64,000 nt of DNA from Anthoceros angustus (lineage: Eukaryota; Plantae; Anthocerotophyta): positions 1,000,708 to 1,064,707 of the forward strand of contig VJWM01000107.1 in NCBI GenBank assembly GCA_010909165.1. The letters are read 5' to 3'. Positions 11,524-24,181 of this stretch are shown here, in pieces; positions within the stretch are counted from its first letter, which is position 1, and the number at the start of each line of letters is the position of its first letter. A program made the translations under genes and the position numbers. Under the pieces are notes generated by a model, which was not told the DNA's origin, ran no database searches, and worked only from the letters and a program-made list of their open reading frames with translations.

Positions 11524-12950
11524 GGCTCCCAGCTGGATGGGCTTGTTTGTGGAATGCTTAAGGGCATCCGTCAGGGGTACAGCGATCCTGCTGAATCCCT
11601 TGATAAGGCGCCTGTAGAAGCCGGCCATACCCAGGAACCCTCTGAGCTGGGTTATGTCCTGTGGTAAGGGCCAGTTCGTCACTGCGCTGACCTTGCGTGT
11701 CAACCTTGATGCCCTCTGCACTGATCACATGGCCCAGGTATTCATCTCTCATGAAGACGCACTTGCTTCTCTTGGCTAACAGTTTGTTGGCTCGCAGCAA
11801 GTCCAACACCTTCCTAACCAGCTGGAGATGTGTTTCAGGGTCAGGGGTGTAGATGAGAATGTCATCTAGGAAGACTTCAACGCCATGTCCCAGCAAGGGC
11901 CGCAGCACTTCCTGCATGAGACACTGGAAGGTGGCAGGAGCATTGGTAAGACCAAACGGCATTACCCTGAATTCGAAATGTCCATGTCGAGTTCGAAAGG
12001 CTGTCTTGTGTTCATCTCCTGACCTAATTCGGATCTGGTGGAAACCAGATCTGAGATCAATCTTGATGAACAGCTTGGCTCCATGCAGCTGGTCGAGGAT
12101 CTCGTCAATCCTTGGCATCTGGTAGACATTCCTCACGGTGGCTCGATTGAGCCCTCGATAATTTATGCACAGTCGCCATCCTCCATGTGGCTTGGCAACT
12201 AAGAGGACTGGAGCACCAAAGGGGGACAAAGAAGGTTGTACAAAACCTTTTTGTAAGAACTCATCGACCTGTTTCTTGATCTCCTCGTTTTCCATTGTAG
12301 ATGTCCTGTAGGGCTGGATACTAACCGGTTTGTGGCCTAGTAGCAGCTCAATGGCATGGTCCACGGGTCTTTGAGGGGGGAGCTCTGTGAGTTCAACAAA
12401 CACGTCCTGGTACTCCCGGAGCAGTTCCTTCATAGACTGTGGTAACTGGTCCTCGTGGGCCTTGTCAGGCCCTTGACTCAAAAGGTTTCTAAGGAAGCAC
12501 CTTCTTGAGCTTTGCTATATGTGAATCGCCCATGGCGCTGTTGCTTTATTAAGCGAGACAACAAAGCTGTTGCTTGTCGAGGTATTGCTCTCGCATGACG
12601 AGAGGTCTTGTGGTCTTGCAAGAGGTGGATGATGTTCTTCTTCCAGTCTACCTCCAGCTGATCCGAGTGACTGGCTAACCAAGGCTTGCCTATGATCAGG
12701 TCATGGCGGGCGAGGCATCACCCGCCTTGAGAACCTCCTTGAACCCACCTGGAAAGGTAAGCTCTGCTTTCGTCCACTGTTCTCTACTTGTCTCCTTCTC
12801 GCCTAGGGCTGTGATCACTGTGGAGACGACTGTGTCTGATCGAGCCAGCTCTTTCTACAGCTTTGACACATAATGATGACTGGCCCCAAAGTCAAGCAAC
12901 CCTGTGGCCCGGACTCCGGCTAATGACACCTCAAGTTTGATAGGTATGTG
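11524..12950 (-). pseudogene. pol: Gypsy A protease and reverse transcriptase
   Basis: ORF 11558..12481: SPFGAPVLLV, WRLCINYRGLN, KIDLRSGFHQIRI, KTAFRTRHGHFEFRVMPFGLTNAPATFQ, VFLDDILIY; then LRGFLGMAGFYRR. Confidence 0.95.
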
Positions 12951-13039
12951 AGCTAGCTAGCATGCAGCAACTGATCCGGGTTTACATGCAGGATCAAGGA
13001 TGGCAGCAGCTAGAGTGGGTTCACTAACCTCTGTGAGGA

Positions 13040-14314
13040 TTATGGCGTGTCCGCTCTTGACAGGGGCTGGGAGGCGCCGCTCCTAGTGGACTTGCCTGTC
13101 TCCTTCAGCCAGCTTATGAAGTCCCTCCTGAAAGGGCAGGATTTCGAGCCATGACCGGACGCTGAGCAGGTAAAGCATTTCCTGGCCTTCTTGTAGTCCT
13201 CCTTCTCTTCCTCCGTGAGGATTCTGAAGGTTGGCTTCTTCTCTGTGGCGTTGGCAGACTTGCTCCACTTGGGCTTGGGAGGGACTGTTGAGGAGAGATG
13301 CTTGTACTTGTTGGTGCCATAGTTGATGGCCGCCTTCATGGCCTCCACCAGGGTTGTAGGGTTCGTCTGGTTCACGTCTGCCCTCATCTCGAACTTCAAC
13401 CCATCTATGAACTTCTCGATTTTCTGCTCCTCATCCAACCTAGGCATGTCAAGTGTAAGTTGTAAGAACTTGTCAAAGATTTTGAATTGTGCCTTGTTGG
13501 AAAATCTTCGGCGGCCGACACAGTCCTGCGGTGGTTCACCGCAAGGTGAAGATCTGTCGAAGGCGGCCAAGAGATCGGGGACTCCATGCCGAGGTCGACT
13601 TGCTTCTCCCGCTGGCGCCACCATCGGTAAGCATACCCCTCCAGTGACATGACGCAGAACTGGATCTTCTGCAAATCACCTTTGTCAGAAGCAGCAAGAT
13701 ACTTGTGAATCTTGTCTAACCAGTCGTGGACGCTCTGGGCATCCTTGGCTCCTCCATCGAAGGTAGTTGTCTTGATTTTCGGTGGAGCTCCTTGTCCACC
13801 GGGGTTGTAGGGTTCGTCTGGGTTCACGTCGCCTCATCTCGAACTTCAACCCATCTATGAACTTCTCGATTCGCTCCTCATCCAACTAGGCATGTCAAGT
13901 GTAAGTTGTAAGAACTTGTCACAGTACTCTTGAATTGTGCCTTGTTGGAAAATCTTCACGGCGTCTGGTCCTTGCGGTGGTTCCTTGGCGAGCTCAAGGA
14001 AGATCTCTGTCGAAGGCTGGCCAAGAGTAGAGGGGACTCCATGCCGAGGTCGACTTGCTTCTCCGGGCGCCACCATCGGTAAGCATACCTCCGATGACAT
14101 GGCCTTGAGCTGGATCTTCGCAAATCACCTTTGTCGAGCGAAGAAGATACTTGTGAATCTTGTCTAACCGATCGTGGGGCCTGGCATCCTTGGCTCCTCC
14201 ATCGAAGGTAGTTGTCTTGATTTTCGGTGGAGCTCCTTGTCCAAGGGGCTGGGTTTGAACTAGTATTCTCACCTTCTTGAGCTTATTTGTTGGATTTTCC
14301 CCTGGTTCTCCCAA
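13040..14314 (-). pseudogene. gag: Gypsy A gag (internal ~450-bp duplication)
   Basis: FDGGAKDAQSVHDWL, LEGYAYRWW, KIEKFIDGLKFEMR, CX2CX4HX4C knuckle. 13348-13800 is repeated at 13801-14245. Confidence 0.85.
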
Positions 14315-15501
14315 AGGCTCGACCTCATCACCGCAGCGCTGACCATGGCCTTGAGATCTTTGTTGTCCTTCTCGCTAGGTAAGAGTTCCACGACCAGCCT
14401 TTTCGGTTCCTCGCTCACATGCTCAAGTCACGTTCGCTAGGAAGCGTGCCCCACTTCCTTCCCCCCTCCGGCTGACCCGGGGTGCCAAGGGGGTCGATGG
14501 TGCGTGCCCTCGGTGACTCTGTGGGCTGGATGTTTTGGCGGTGAGGGAGGTAAAGGCCACAGGGTGATGATCGCTCCGGATCCGGAGCACACACCCTCCG
14601 GTACCCAGCACGATCCCCCTCCCCACTTGGGCTTGAGCTTGATGGACCTCGACCTTCCGAGTTCTTGGCGTTGGCGGAGAGGAGTTGCGCAACTCCTCAC
14701 AGTGAGTTCCACCCGTGGGTCCTCCCTCCAGCCGCAGAGGCATTCTCCGCTAACTCCTCCTCTGGCGGGTCCTGGCCTCCTGTGGATGCAGGTGGTTGGG
14801 GCCCGCTCATTCCACCTCTCGGTCGCCTCGCCCGGATTCGGGCGAGTTTTCGGCGGCAGCTGCGGTTCAGTCCGATTGCCCCTACCACCGGCGGAACTTC
14901 CGCCTCCAGCTGGGCTTGGAGAAGGTGCAGGAGTTCCCGGCGTCGCCTCCTTGCCCCTTCCGTCTTCGTGGGCTCCTCGACTCGCGCCTGGGTTGAAGTG
15001 AGGCGCCCGTCCTGGGAATTTCGGGAAAGATGGCGCGCCCGTCGGCGGACCCGATCTCCGATTCCCTCAAGTGGGTGCTCCTCTTCGCTTCCACTGGAAA
15101 TCTGCCGGTCCACCTCCGAAGACAAGAGGTAATCGCTCATGCTGCTGGCTAGTCTGTGCGTGAATTTCAGGTGTCCTATCCCTTGGGGACGTCGCTAACC
15201 ACCTGATTGTGTGTTGTCTCAGGTTTCCCCAACCGTTGGCGTCTCCGATCCTACCCAGCGCGGTTGGTCAGCCACGCCAGTGGATGCACCTGCCTCCCTG
15301 CACACAATCGGCCGGGGCGCCGGCCTGATTGCTCCTTGGCGACCCGATCTTGGTCGGGATTCGTCCCCTCCGCTGCGCCAGGGGCTCCTGAATCGTGGGA
15401 GCCTCCTTCCTGTCATACGGCTGAGCCTAGCCTCAGCGATCCTGTCCGCCGATCCCAGATCCGGTGCGGGGCCCGGAATCGCGATGGCTCGATACCACAG
15501 A

Positions 15502-15895
15502 TGCTAAGACCGTACAAGCTAGCTTAGTGGAGATAGGATGGTTTTCATTCATTGTGATCGGGTTTTTATACATGTGCTAGGGACTGGCCAAGAAGTAGGC
15601 GTCCCTGCCCAACAACTAGGGTTGTCGGGCCGTTAAAGGTTTGTTAAAGTTAGTTTTCCCTAAGTAAAATACTTAATCCCTGTTTAGCGGCTACTTAATC
15701 TAGGGTTATTTACCGATTCGACTTAACGTCTACACAAAGTTAGGTTCGTCCAAAAGTCGTCTTCAACCTTTGTTATACTTTGCTGCGATTTTCGTTAGGT
15801 ACCTTCTGGGTCGGTTCCTACCGCCTCGTCCGGCTATGGCCGGAGGCGCTTTTCCGATAGCTACACACAGATCGGCCATTGTTGTGCGTGTGTCA
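15502..15895 (-). repeat. 5' LTR of gypsy A
   Basis: TG...CA termini; PBS GCTCGATACCA at 15487-15497. The right flank is array-unit sequence (AAGTTCCTCCTCCGTGAAG). Confidence 0.85.
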
Positions 15896-17239
15896 AGGGT
15901 AAGTTCCTCCTCCGTGAAGTCGAAAACCTCTAAGGACTCGGTTAGTAGAGAGCATTTCATTTCCCAAGAAGCAACCTTCTAAATCAAGAGAATTTGTGTG
16001 CCCGGCTTGTTAGGCAAACAGGAGCTATGAAGGAAAGCTTAGCGAATGATGAGTCGGATGACAAGCCGCCTTAGGTTAGGACATCAAGCCTTTTGCACTT
16101 GAATGTGCGAGGTCCGAGGGTGCCACTTTGTTAGATATACCTATGCACATGTGTAACATATAGTTATAGGCAATATAGTATGGGAACACATACACACGGG
16201 CAGCAAATGTATGAGCTCTTTCTCACTATCATTCGTCAAAGGATTCCACCAACCAGTTTGCCTCAAGCTTGAGGGCTTTATGTGATGCCGTTCTGCAATG
16301 TATTACGGCTTTGTGTCACGACACGGTGGTAATCCACTACCGCAAGGGCTGCAAGAAGCGCAAGTTGGCTCTTCCTAACCCCATGAGACCGGAAAAGCGA
16401 TATATTGGTCGAATCTTGCACAACCTAGGGCCTTAATAGGCTTACCTAGGCTCACACCATGTGAGACTTTCAAGACGCTTTTACACTCTCAATTCATACA
16501 CATTTCAATTTTTCCCCATCACTCGTAGTGGCATACAAGGGCCATATGGACATGCATTCACGTATGGTAGGGCCCCTAGACCATGGCGGAAAATGCGCCG
16601 CTGTAGCTAGGTCCTACACAGACACAAGTCACATATCTTGCTCTTTAGTGATGTAGAGGCGCAAGTCCGAGCATTGCACGGTGGAGAGCTCCTCCAGCTA
16701 TCGCCACCATGCTTAAACAAAAGACACTTTCAAAAAGCGAGCCAGCGTGGGAAGAAATGCCACCATTTCTTAAGCCAAATAGACAACATTTATAAGAACG
16801 TGGTTACTAAGCATCTTGTGCTTGATCGATACTTAGATGGGGTGTCTAGAGGAGTGGATACCCTTGGTGCGAATAGCTGAGGCACACTATAGTACAAGTT
16901 GTTAAGAACCAAGTCCTATTATAGGAAAATTCAATCAAGTGGACTATAATAGACAAAAGCTAGGTAAAGATTTAGAATCACCCACCTTAGTAGAAAAAGG
17001 GACCCACACTCATCCATGCCTCGTCTCATCATCACTAACCACATCATTTATGTGCGGAAAATGCTCAGTTATGTGTGTGAGAATCACATTTATTTCATAA
17101 ATAATGTCAATCCCATTTATTGTTGCAATCATTTCATTCCGCATTTCATTGAGGATTTCATCTAGTCTTGTGCAGATTGTAAGAAGCTCATCTATGTTTA
17201 TCTCATCATCATGAAGATTTTATTATTATAATCTAATTT

Positions 17240-20200
17240 ATTTGCAATTGGGAAATTATCTTCATATGATTATAAAATGGAGCAAGAATCGCTTTAGTGA
17301 AAGGAATGAGAAGATGCGATTTTGTGTGATTTCTTGATGTTTTTAATTTCATCTTGATGAAAATGGTGCAATTTGAATGAGATTATACATCCTTGTTCTA
17401 CCTTGAATGTTCTTCTAATTGAATAAGTATGCTCCATCGATTTCCTTAAATGAATCCTTGCCTTTTGGAATAAAATAATGTGGTATTCTGATGCAAAGAT
17501 ATGCATATCGGTTGACAAACATATATAGTTGGGGGCGTAACTAGGTATTATCAGTAAAACAAGTTTTTCTCGATAACAAAATTTAATAATAATTACAAAT
17601 TGGTCTTTTATTTTAAATATTAGATAAAAATTATAAGATCTAATATATGGTATCTATGTATGGAGTTGTGTTCATCATACTTAAAGATCATAGATTTAAA
17701 GTTTAGGGTTTATAGGTAGATATCTGCCAGGCAACATCAGGCGGAGTATGCAAAACATTCAGGCATGTAGGCGGATCATGACATCATGGGCTTATGGAGA
17801 GGTAACAAATGGGAAGTCCAAGACAAATAACATGAGAAAGATGAGTAAACGTAGGTAGGTATAGATCAAATGCGGCCTCTAATCATGAAAAATTGCACAT
17901 TGAGACCGCATTGAGACAATGAATGTATAGGAGGTCAAATGTCCATGACTAATATGAGGTCTCACCAAACGATAGGCATAAATTTTCCTCTCACCCGGGT
18001 ATTGGCTCTGACATAACATTGCCAAGAATTTCATTAAAAAATGCATGAGGGGAGATGGGATGCTTGTGTTTGCCTTAGAGTCGGCAAAGAGATGTCAGGG
18101 ATGTCTAACATATATATCGTATACCTTTCTTACAAAATAGAGCGAGAAGTGAGTACAGCCAACCTCAACCAACCAACCAAGAGATGTTAACAAAGAGCCA
18201 TAGCTCCAAGAACCAGTAGGGTACATATGCTTTTCTTATAGAAAGGCTCGCTTAAACCTCAAGAGTACATTACAAAAGTGTGCCACCAAGGTCTATACAA
18301 AATGTGCATGCGCTACATTATCTTGAGCCGATAGCGAGTGACCAAGGCCCATTGAAAGGTTTAAATAGACAGAAATAAAAGGGAGCTAGCACATCAAGAC
18401 CATATATATGATGGGGCTCAAATAGACGAGGATCATGTCAGGTCAGGATGCCAAGTTGCAAAACATAAAATGCAAGGAAGGACGACTTCTGGTGTTACAT
18501 AAAATGATCAAGCACGATTTTTCTCCGCTTGCCTCCTGTTAGCAACGCTTTTTTAGATGAGCCCAAGCCGCATTTGAGTCTTTTGTCATCTTTTAGATAA
18601 TGCAATCTAGCTCATTATTGTTATTTACTTTATATTGGTTGGTATTCTTCTATTTTGCATAGATAAGTCATCTGAATTAAATTTACGCATGATTTTAGAT
18701 TTTCCTTGATCACTCTCTTTTTCTTCGAATAAGTAGTCTTCACTATACTTTTGCTCCAAGCATCATCACCTCATCGTTGGACAGATCAAAGTCCGCAGCC
18801 GCCTTCTCTGCCTGCTCACGCCTCTATGCGGCATAATGATTTGGAGCGAGTCCTAACCTCAATGTGAACTCTGATAACGAGCCCATCCAACCGCATGCCT
18901 GACGTGGCACCACCGATCTCCTCTTCCTCTTGGTTCGCCATATCCGCCAACCTCGACAACGTCGCTCCCAGCCTCTCTTCCAATCTTTGTCAACACCTCA
19001 AGTCCATAACCAGCTCGGCCTCCCATCCCTACTCCTCTTGCCATTAGTGGCAACTCGATGACCGAGTACCAAATCAGGCACGAGGCCCAAGGAATCAAGA
19101 GGATATCGATGACCAGATTGAATAAAGACGGAAAATGGAACAGATGCTAAATATATAGGCAAGAAAACTAAGATGCAAGAGGATACATAAATTGGTGTGA
19201 CAAACTATATATAGTATCAACTCATATTCAAATCATTAACTTGGGCCTTGGGGATAGATTGCTAGAACTTGGGGGAATGTACATGTTACTTAGAATGGAT
19301 GAAGCCATCAAGGATTGCAGGATTGGTTGCTCGGGCCTCAAAGCCTTGAATTAGAACAATCAATGTCCTCAGCTATGCATCTCCTCGAAACTACGGTGAA
19401 CAAGGAGCAAGCTTTGAGATCTGAGAGCTATATCGATGCACCATGACCGATTGAGGCCACTCATCGGAAGCCACGGAGGCGATCGATTAACGCCAACACA
19501 AAGAGTTGCAATGGACATACATGCATGGTTAGACATTCCATAGCCCTTTGACAAAGAAATAGGTGGTCTTGATCATGCACCGTGCCACCCCAACAGGAGA
19601 TCGCGCCAATGAGAACAATAGCCTCGGGTTTGGACGGGACATCCACATGCATAAACATGATATGCCCCATTCTCTTGCCCTATGCTTAACCATGGCAACG
19701 AAAGCCAACATAGGTATGAACAGCAGTGGAGGATGCATTCGTGGAGTAGGCCCAAGGAGAATTGCAACGCTGTATTCAATCTGTGCATCTGACTCCAACA
19801 AGAAGCTAGTGTAAGTCGAGCTGCAAAATGTGGAGCTAGAGTCACTTCCGAGGAATCCAAAGGGAAGGCCACGAGCGAGGAGAAGTGATAGGAGCGATTT
19901 CGAGTCTCGCTTTGATCTAAGCCGCCTCACCCGTGACTGGGCGCTGAGGTTTGTCAACACATCGATCACCCATTGTCTTGAATATGGCAGTCCTATGCAC
20001 CAAAGTGTTGAGGCATTATATGGTAGGCCCCTAGATTTCATGGAGCGTGATTCCAAATTGTTCGATATTTCATAGGATGACTTCGTGCTATTCATGGCCA
20101 TGTCGATGTAAGCATCCGGAGACCGGCCACGCCGAGCTCGCCAACCGCTTTGTTTACCGCTGAAAAAAAGCACTTTCCGATCGCATCCAAAGAGTAAGGT

Positions 20201-20560
20201 GCCACCATGCCAACCTTTCGATCTCCTTGAGGGTGCGCATTGTGGGTTAACTGCATGAACATGGTGCTTGTACGATTGATGGAGTGTTGTAGGAAGCATG
20301 CTTGAGTCGACTGCTCGAGCATAGGATGTCAATTTTGGAATCAAGTGGCTTGTAATTTCAAAAGATGAGGCTTTGGTTTTTGTCACTTCCTTAGATGGCA
20401 ACCTCAAACAACTCTTTAAATTAGGAAGGCTGGGGACGACTCTTTAAATTTGTAGGCCCTTGCCTCACACTACAAAAACTCGCTGGAAGAGCTGGGTATG
20501 TCTTGGAGTCAAGCATGACGGATGAATGCCTAGTCTTGTAATTCAATACCGACAAACCTC
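17240..20560. other. ~3.3-kb module inserted in the array: degraded second copy of the 580-2875 region (RING-HC gene) plus ~1.1 kb of further sequence
   Basis: ~17800-19420 aligns by eye to ~805-2870, e.g. RING-HC remnant 18380-18560 and coiled-coil 18760-19060. Unit sequence resumes at ~20560. Confidence 0.7.
18380..19043 (-). pseudogene. Degraded copy of the coiled-coil/RING-HC gene
   Basis: Shared strings CAAGTTGCAAAACATAAAATGCAAG and CTCTTGCCATTAGTGGCAACTC. Heavily indel-ridden and partly blended with unit sequence. Confidence 0.6.
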
Positions 20561-20699
20561 ATCATGAAGATTTTGTGTCTTTATCAAATCCAATGCCAAA
20601 TTAGTTTTAATTATAATTTATTGGGAGATTATTTAACTTGGCCTTGATATAAAGACCATTTTCATGCTATAACACTTAACTTACTTAATGACCTTAGAG

Positions 20700-21030
20700 A
20701 TAGAGAGGATCTACATATGTTTATCAAAATGAAGAAGCCGATGATTCAAGTGACTGCAGCTTGCCTTGATAAACTTGAGGTGGGCCAAGAGATTACTAAA
20801 ATAAACATATGTGCTCATTTGTATCACAAAAATGTTTGATCCATGGTTGCATATGTGTGTGGCGTGACGTACATGCCCACTATGTAGACGTGAAGTATAC
20901 TTTAGAGAAGAGAATACAAATAGTGGTTTATCATCTCAAGACCTGGTTTACCCTGGTTTTCACCTAACCTCATGCCCGCCTCATGGCCTTGTTACGCCCA
21001 TGTATTAGCATCCTTGGCTATGCAATCAGA
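20700..21030 (+). pseudogene. RING-H2 finger cassette a, unit 1
   Basis: STYVYQNEEADD..VT(C)AACLDKLEVGQEITKINICAHLYHKKC.DPWLHMC...TCPLCRRE (frameshifted). Confidence 0.75.
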
Positions 21031-21209
21031 AGTTGTCATGCACAACATTAGTTGTAGTTTTGTTAGGATTTAGGATTATCGTTGTTTTCTTTTCCACAAA
21101 AATCATTCAATTTTTTTTAACAATATGCTTTTCAAAAGAATATCTGCCTTTAAATCTGTCTATGTGAGATGTACGTGTTCTTCAAACATATCTTCGAAAG
21201 AGTTCACAT

Positions 21210-21392
21210 GGGCAAAATCCAAGGACAAAATAAAAAATGACACATGGGCCAAATCGAAGTACAAAATAAAAACCGAAACATGATCGAAATCCAAGGACAA
21301 AATTGAAAATGACAGCCTAAATAAACAAAAGTAGGTCAAAGTTTAGATGCACAAAATCCAAGGTCATTATAAAAAATGATGGCCTATATATG
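21210..21392 (+). promoter_or_regulatory. A-rich ~35-bp degenerate repeats (AAATCCAAGGACAAAAT...) ending in a TATA-like CCTATATA upstream of RING cassette b
   Basis: 4-5 copies of the motif in each unit (also ~25210, 29175, 46905). TATA at ~21383. Confidence 0.35.
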
Positions 21393-21549
21393 CGAAGGTA
21401 TATGCTTCTTTCACATACTTTAGAAAAGAGGGTATTTTTCATAACCTTTGAAGAGGTTTTTCTCATAACATTTACTATTCTTCGTGCATTACGGTTATAC
21501 TAGCCTACATAACATCTCAGAATATTGCGTTAGAAATCATGAACACGCC

Positions 21550-22045
21550 TTCAATTTACAATGTATCTACAAATGTTTATCAAAATGAAGAAGCCGATGA
21601 TTCGTAAGTGACTTGTCTTTGCCTTGATAGTCTTGAGGTGGGCCAGGAGATTACTAAAATAAATATATGTGCTCATTTGTATCATAAAAAATGTTTAGAT
21701 CCATGGTTACATATGTGCCGGGCGCTGCGTACATGCCCATTATGTAGACGTGAAATACACTTTAGAGAAGAGATTACAGAAAAAGGTTTACCATCTCAAG
21801 ACGAAAGTCATCTTCCACATCAATTTCGAATGACCTCATTTCCATCCGAAGAGGACATTCAAATGATAAGAGATATTGTGAGTGGGAGAGTAGAGATGGA
21901 TATAATGTCGTATGGATTGAACAAAGCTTCCGACAAGATGGAGAAAATGCAATCCAAAGTAACGACGAAGATGAAAGGCTTTTCTTGTATGTTGAATTGC
22001 AATGGTGTCTTGCTATATATGAACAGAGGCATCCGGATCAAGTAG
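21550..22045 (+). CDS. RING-H2 (C3H2C3) finger protein, cassette b, unit 1; putative E3 ligase
   Basis: ORF 21608..22045 CLCLDSLEVGQEITKINICAHLYHKKCLDPWLHMCRALRTCPLCRRE has the ATL-type spacing C-x-H-x2-H-x2-C-x3-W...CPLCR. The first two Cys are spaced C-x-C here but C-x2-C in cassette a of unit 2. Confidence 0.8.
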
Positions 22046-22685
22046 CTTTGGCACTATCCTATGGTGGATAGGGCCATCCCATCTAGTGAGTACACACACC
22101 TATTATAGATGGAGCCACCCTTTCCAACGAGTACACCTAGATGATTTAGATCATCTCATTTATATTGAGAAGAAAGTATTAAATAATCATTTGAATTAAT
22201 TTGATTATTTTAGTTATTTATTTAATAATTATCATATAACTATCTTCTATTTTTGTATAGATAAGTCATTTTTCTGATTAAATTTACATGAATATTTATG
22301 GGTTTTTCAAAACAATTCTGGTTTTGTTGAAAATATACACCAAAATAGGACAAAGCCCTCCAAAGAGACCTTCACATCTCGAGACCGAATACACCTCCAG
22401 GACAAGTGGACAATGTTGAATAAGAACACCTACACACGAACCTAAACACCGACTACCTCCGAACTCCCAATCCACTCAAAGCTTGAGACTCATAACGAAG
22501 TAAACCTCAAACGACACCATCCAACCAGCCAAGCCCGATAACATGGCCAATGTTGGATCAAAAGCTCCAAATCATACACGATACATGAGCCGCCAGCGCC
22601 ACCTAATCTTTTGAATGTGCTTGGATGAGGATGACACGTATTCACCTCACCAAAGCACATTGATAAGAGCGCTCCCAAAATCCCA

Positions 22686-22930
22686 AAGAACGTAAGAAAC
22701 CAGCCTATTGTCACTAAACCACTTTAAAACTCTTAAGAATTGGACCCCAAAGAACGAAGAAACCAGCCTATTGTCAATAAACCACTTTAAAACTCTTAAG
22801 AATTGGACCTCAAGAACGTAAGAAATCAACCTATCCTCAATAAATCACTCTAAAACTCTTAAGAATTGGACCTCAAGAACGAAGAAACCCTCCTATGGTC
22901 AATAAACCACTTTAAAACTCTAAAGAATTA
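22686..22930 (+). repeat. 4x ~63-64-bp minisatellite, unit 1
   Basis: AAGAACGTAAGAAACCAGCCTATTGTCACTAAACCACTTTAAAACTCTTAAGAATTGGACCCC x4. Confidence 0.95.
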
Positions 22931-22939
22931 GGACGCAAT

Positions 22940-24181
22940 GTTTTTGTGGACGAACTTTCCATGGATGGATGATCACGGACCTTGTTAGAAGACTCGAGCC
23001 TAAGAAGTTCAACATCGCAACAATAGTGTGGGATGAGGAAGACCCAAAGAACAATTGCCCGACGGTGCTTGGAAGACTTGGATCTAATGATCAAGCACAA
23101 ACATGAGGGTATACACTTTGGTGTTGACAAGCCCCATGGGAACTACTATTGGGACTATTTCTGGAATTTTTATTCCGACGGAAGTCGAGGCAAGTTCCTC
23201 CTCCGTGAAGTCGAAAACCTCTAAGGACTCCTGCTAGAGAGCATTTCATTTCCCAAGAAGCAACCTTCTAAATCAAGAGATCGACGGATTTGTGTGCACG
23301 GCTTGTTAGGCAAACAGGAGCCGTGAAGGAAAGCTTAGCGAATGATGAGTCGATGACAAGCCACTTAGGTTAGGACATCAAGCCTTTTGCACTTGAATGT
23401 GGTGAGGTCCCGAGGGTGCCACTTTGTTAGATATACCTATGCACATGTGTAACATATAGTTATAGGCAGTAGTAGTATGGGAACACATACACACGGGCAG
23501 CAAATGTATGAGCTCTTTCTCACTATCATTCGTCAAAGGATTCCACCAACCTTTGCCTCAAGCTTGAGGGCTTTATGTGATGCCCGCAATGTTCGCTTTG
23601 TGTCACGACCGGTGGTAATCCACTACCGCAAGGGCTGCAAGAGAACGCAAGTTGGCTCTTCCTAACCCCATGAGACCAGGAAAACGATATATTGGTCGAA
23701 TACTGCACAACCTAGGGCCTTAATAGGCTTACCTATAGGCTCACACCATGTGAGACTTTCAAGACGTTTTTACACTCTCAATTCATACACATTTCAATTT
23801 TTCCCCATCACTCGTAGTGGCATACCCTGAAGGGCCATATGGACATGCATTCACGTATGGTAGGGCCCCTAGACCATGGCGGAAACGTCGTACGACGCTC
23901 AGGTAGCTAGGTCCTACACACAGACACAAGTCACATATGCTGCTCTTTAGTGATGTAGAGGCGCAAGTCTCGAGGTCGGCACGGTGGAGAGCTCCTCCAG
24001 CGCTATCGCCACCATGCTTAAACAAAAGACACTTTCAAAACGAGCTCAGAGGAAGAAATGCCACCATTTCTTAAGCCAAATAGACAACATTTATAAGAAC
24101 GTGGTTACTAAGCATCTTGTGCTTGATCGATACTTAGATGGGGTGTCTAGAGGAGTGGATACCCTTGGTGCGAATAGCTGA
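22940..24181 (+). pseudogene. Unidentified coding-like segment of the array unit
   Basis: Recurring protein-like pieces EPKKFNIATIVWDEEDP..IARRCLEDLDLMIKHKHEGIHFRGVDKPHGNYYWDYFWNFY and MLKQKTLSK...KKCHHFLSQIDNIYKNVVTKHLVLDRYLDGVSRGVDTLGANS*. No family recognised. Confidence 0.4.

Larger units (their letters stand above)
2880..15895 (-). mobile_element. Ty3/gypsy LTR retrotransposon A (chromovirus-like, related to element B), truncated within integrase and interrupted by a copia
   Basis: 5' LTR 15502-15895 and PBS 15487-15497. gag with CFTCSASGHGSKSC knuckle, protease LLDFGASHH (~12870-12900), RT 11558-12481. RNase H (DASGYAIG, HDKEMLAITHA, VWRHYL) at 4540-4780. Integrase zinc finger start HDSPISGHQGIDKTY at ~2900-2990, then an abrupt end; no 3' LTR. 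Confidence 0.9.

Noticed and set aside
14314-15486. Many short GC-rich ORFs in gypsy leaders (also 42830-43790)
   Set aside because: Overlapping in all frames, no motifs; treated as 5' leader or gag N-terminal sequence.
17500-18760. Apparent ancient, AT-drifted divergence of the second RING-HC module copy
   Set aside because: It contains interleaved unit words (e.g. TTCTTCTATTTTGCATAGATAAGTCA at ~18645), typical of a blended consensus, so the divergence cannot be interpreted.
19529-20407. 292-aa minus-strand ORF as a gene
   Set aside because: Non-ATG start, Ser/Leu/Arg-rich shadow-frame composition, no recognisable motif; the + strand looks more protein-like.
22686-22930. Regular repeats superficially like a CRISPR array
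   Set aside because: Contiguous tandem monomers without unique spacers, no cas genes, eukaryotic context.
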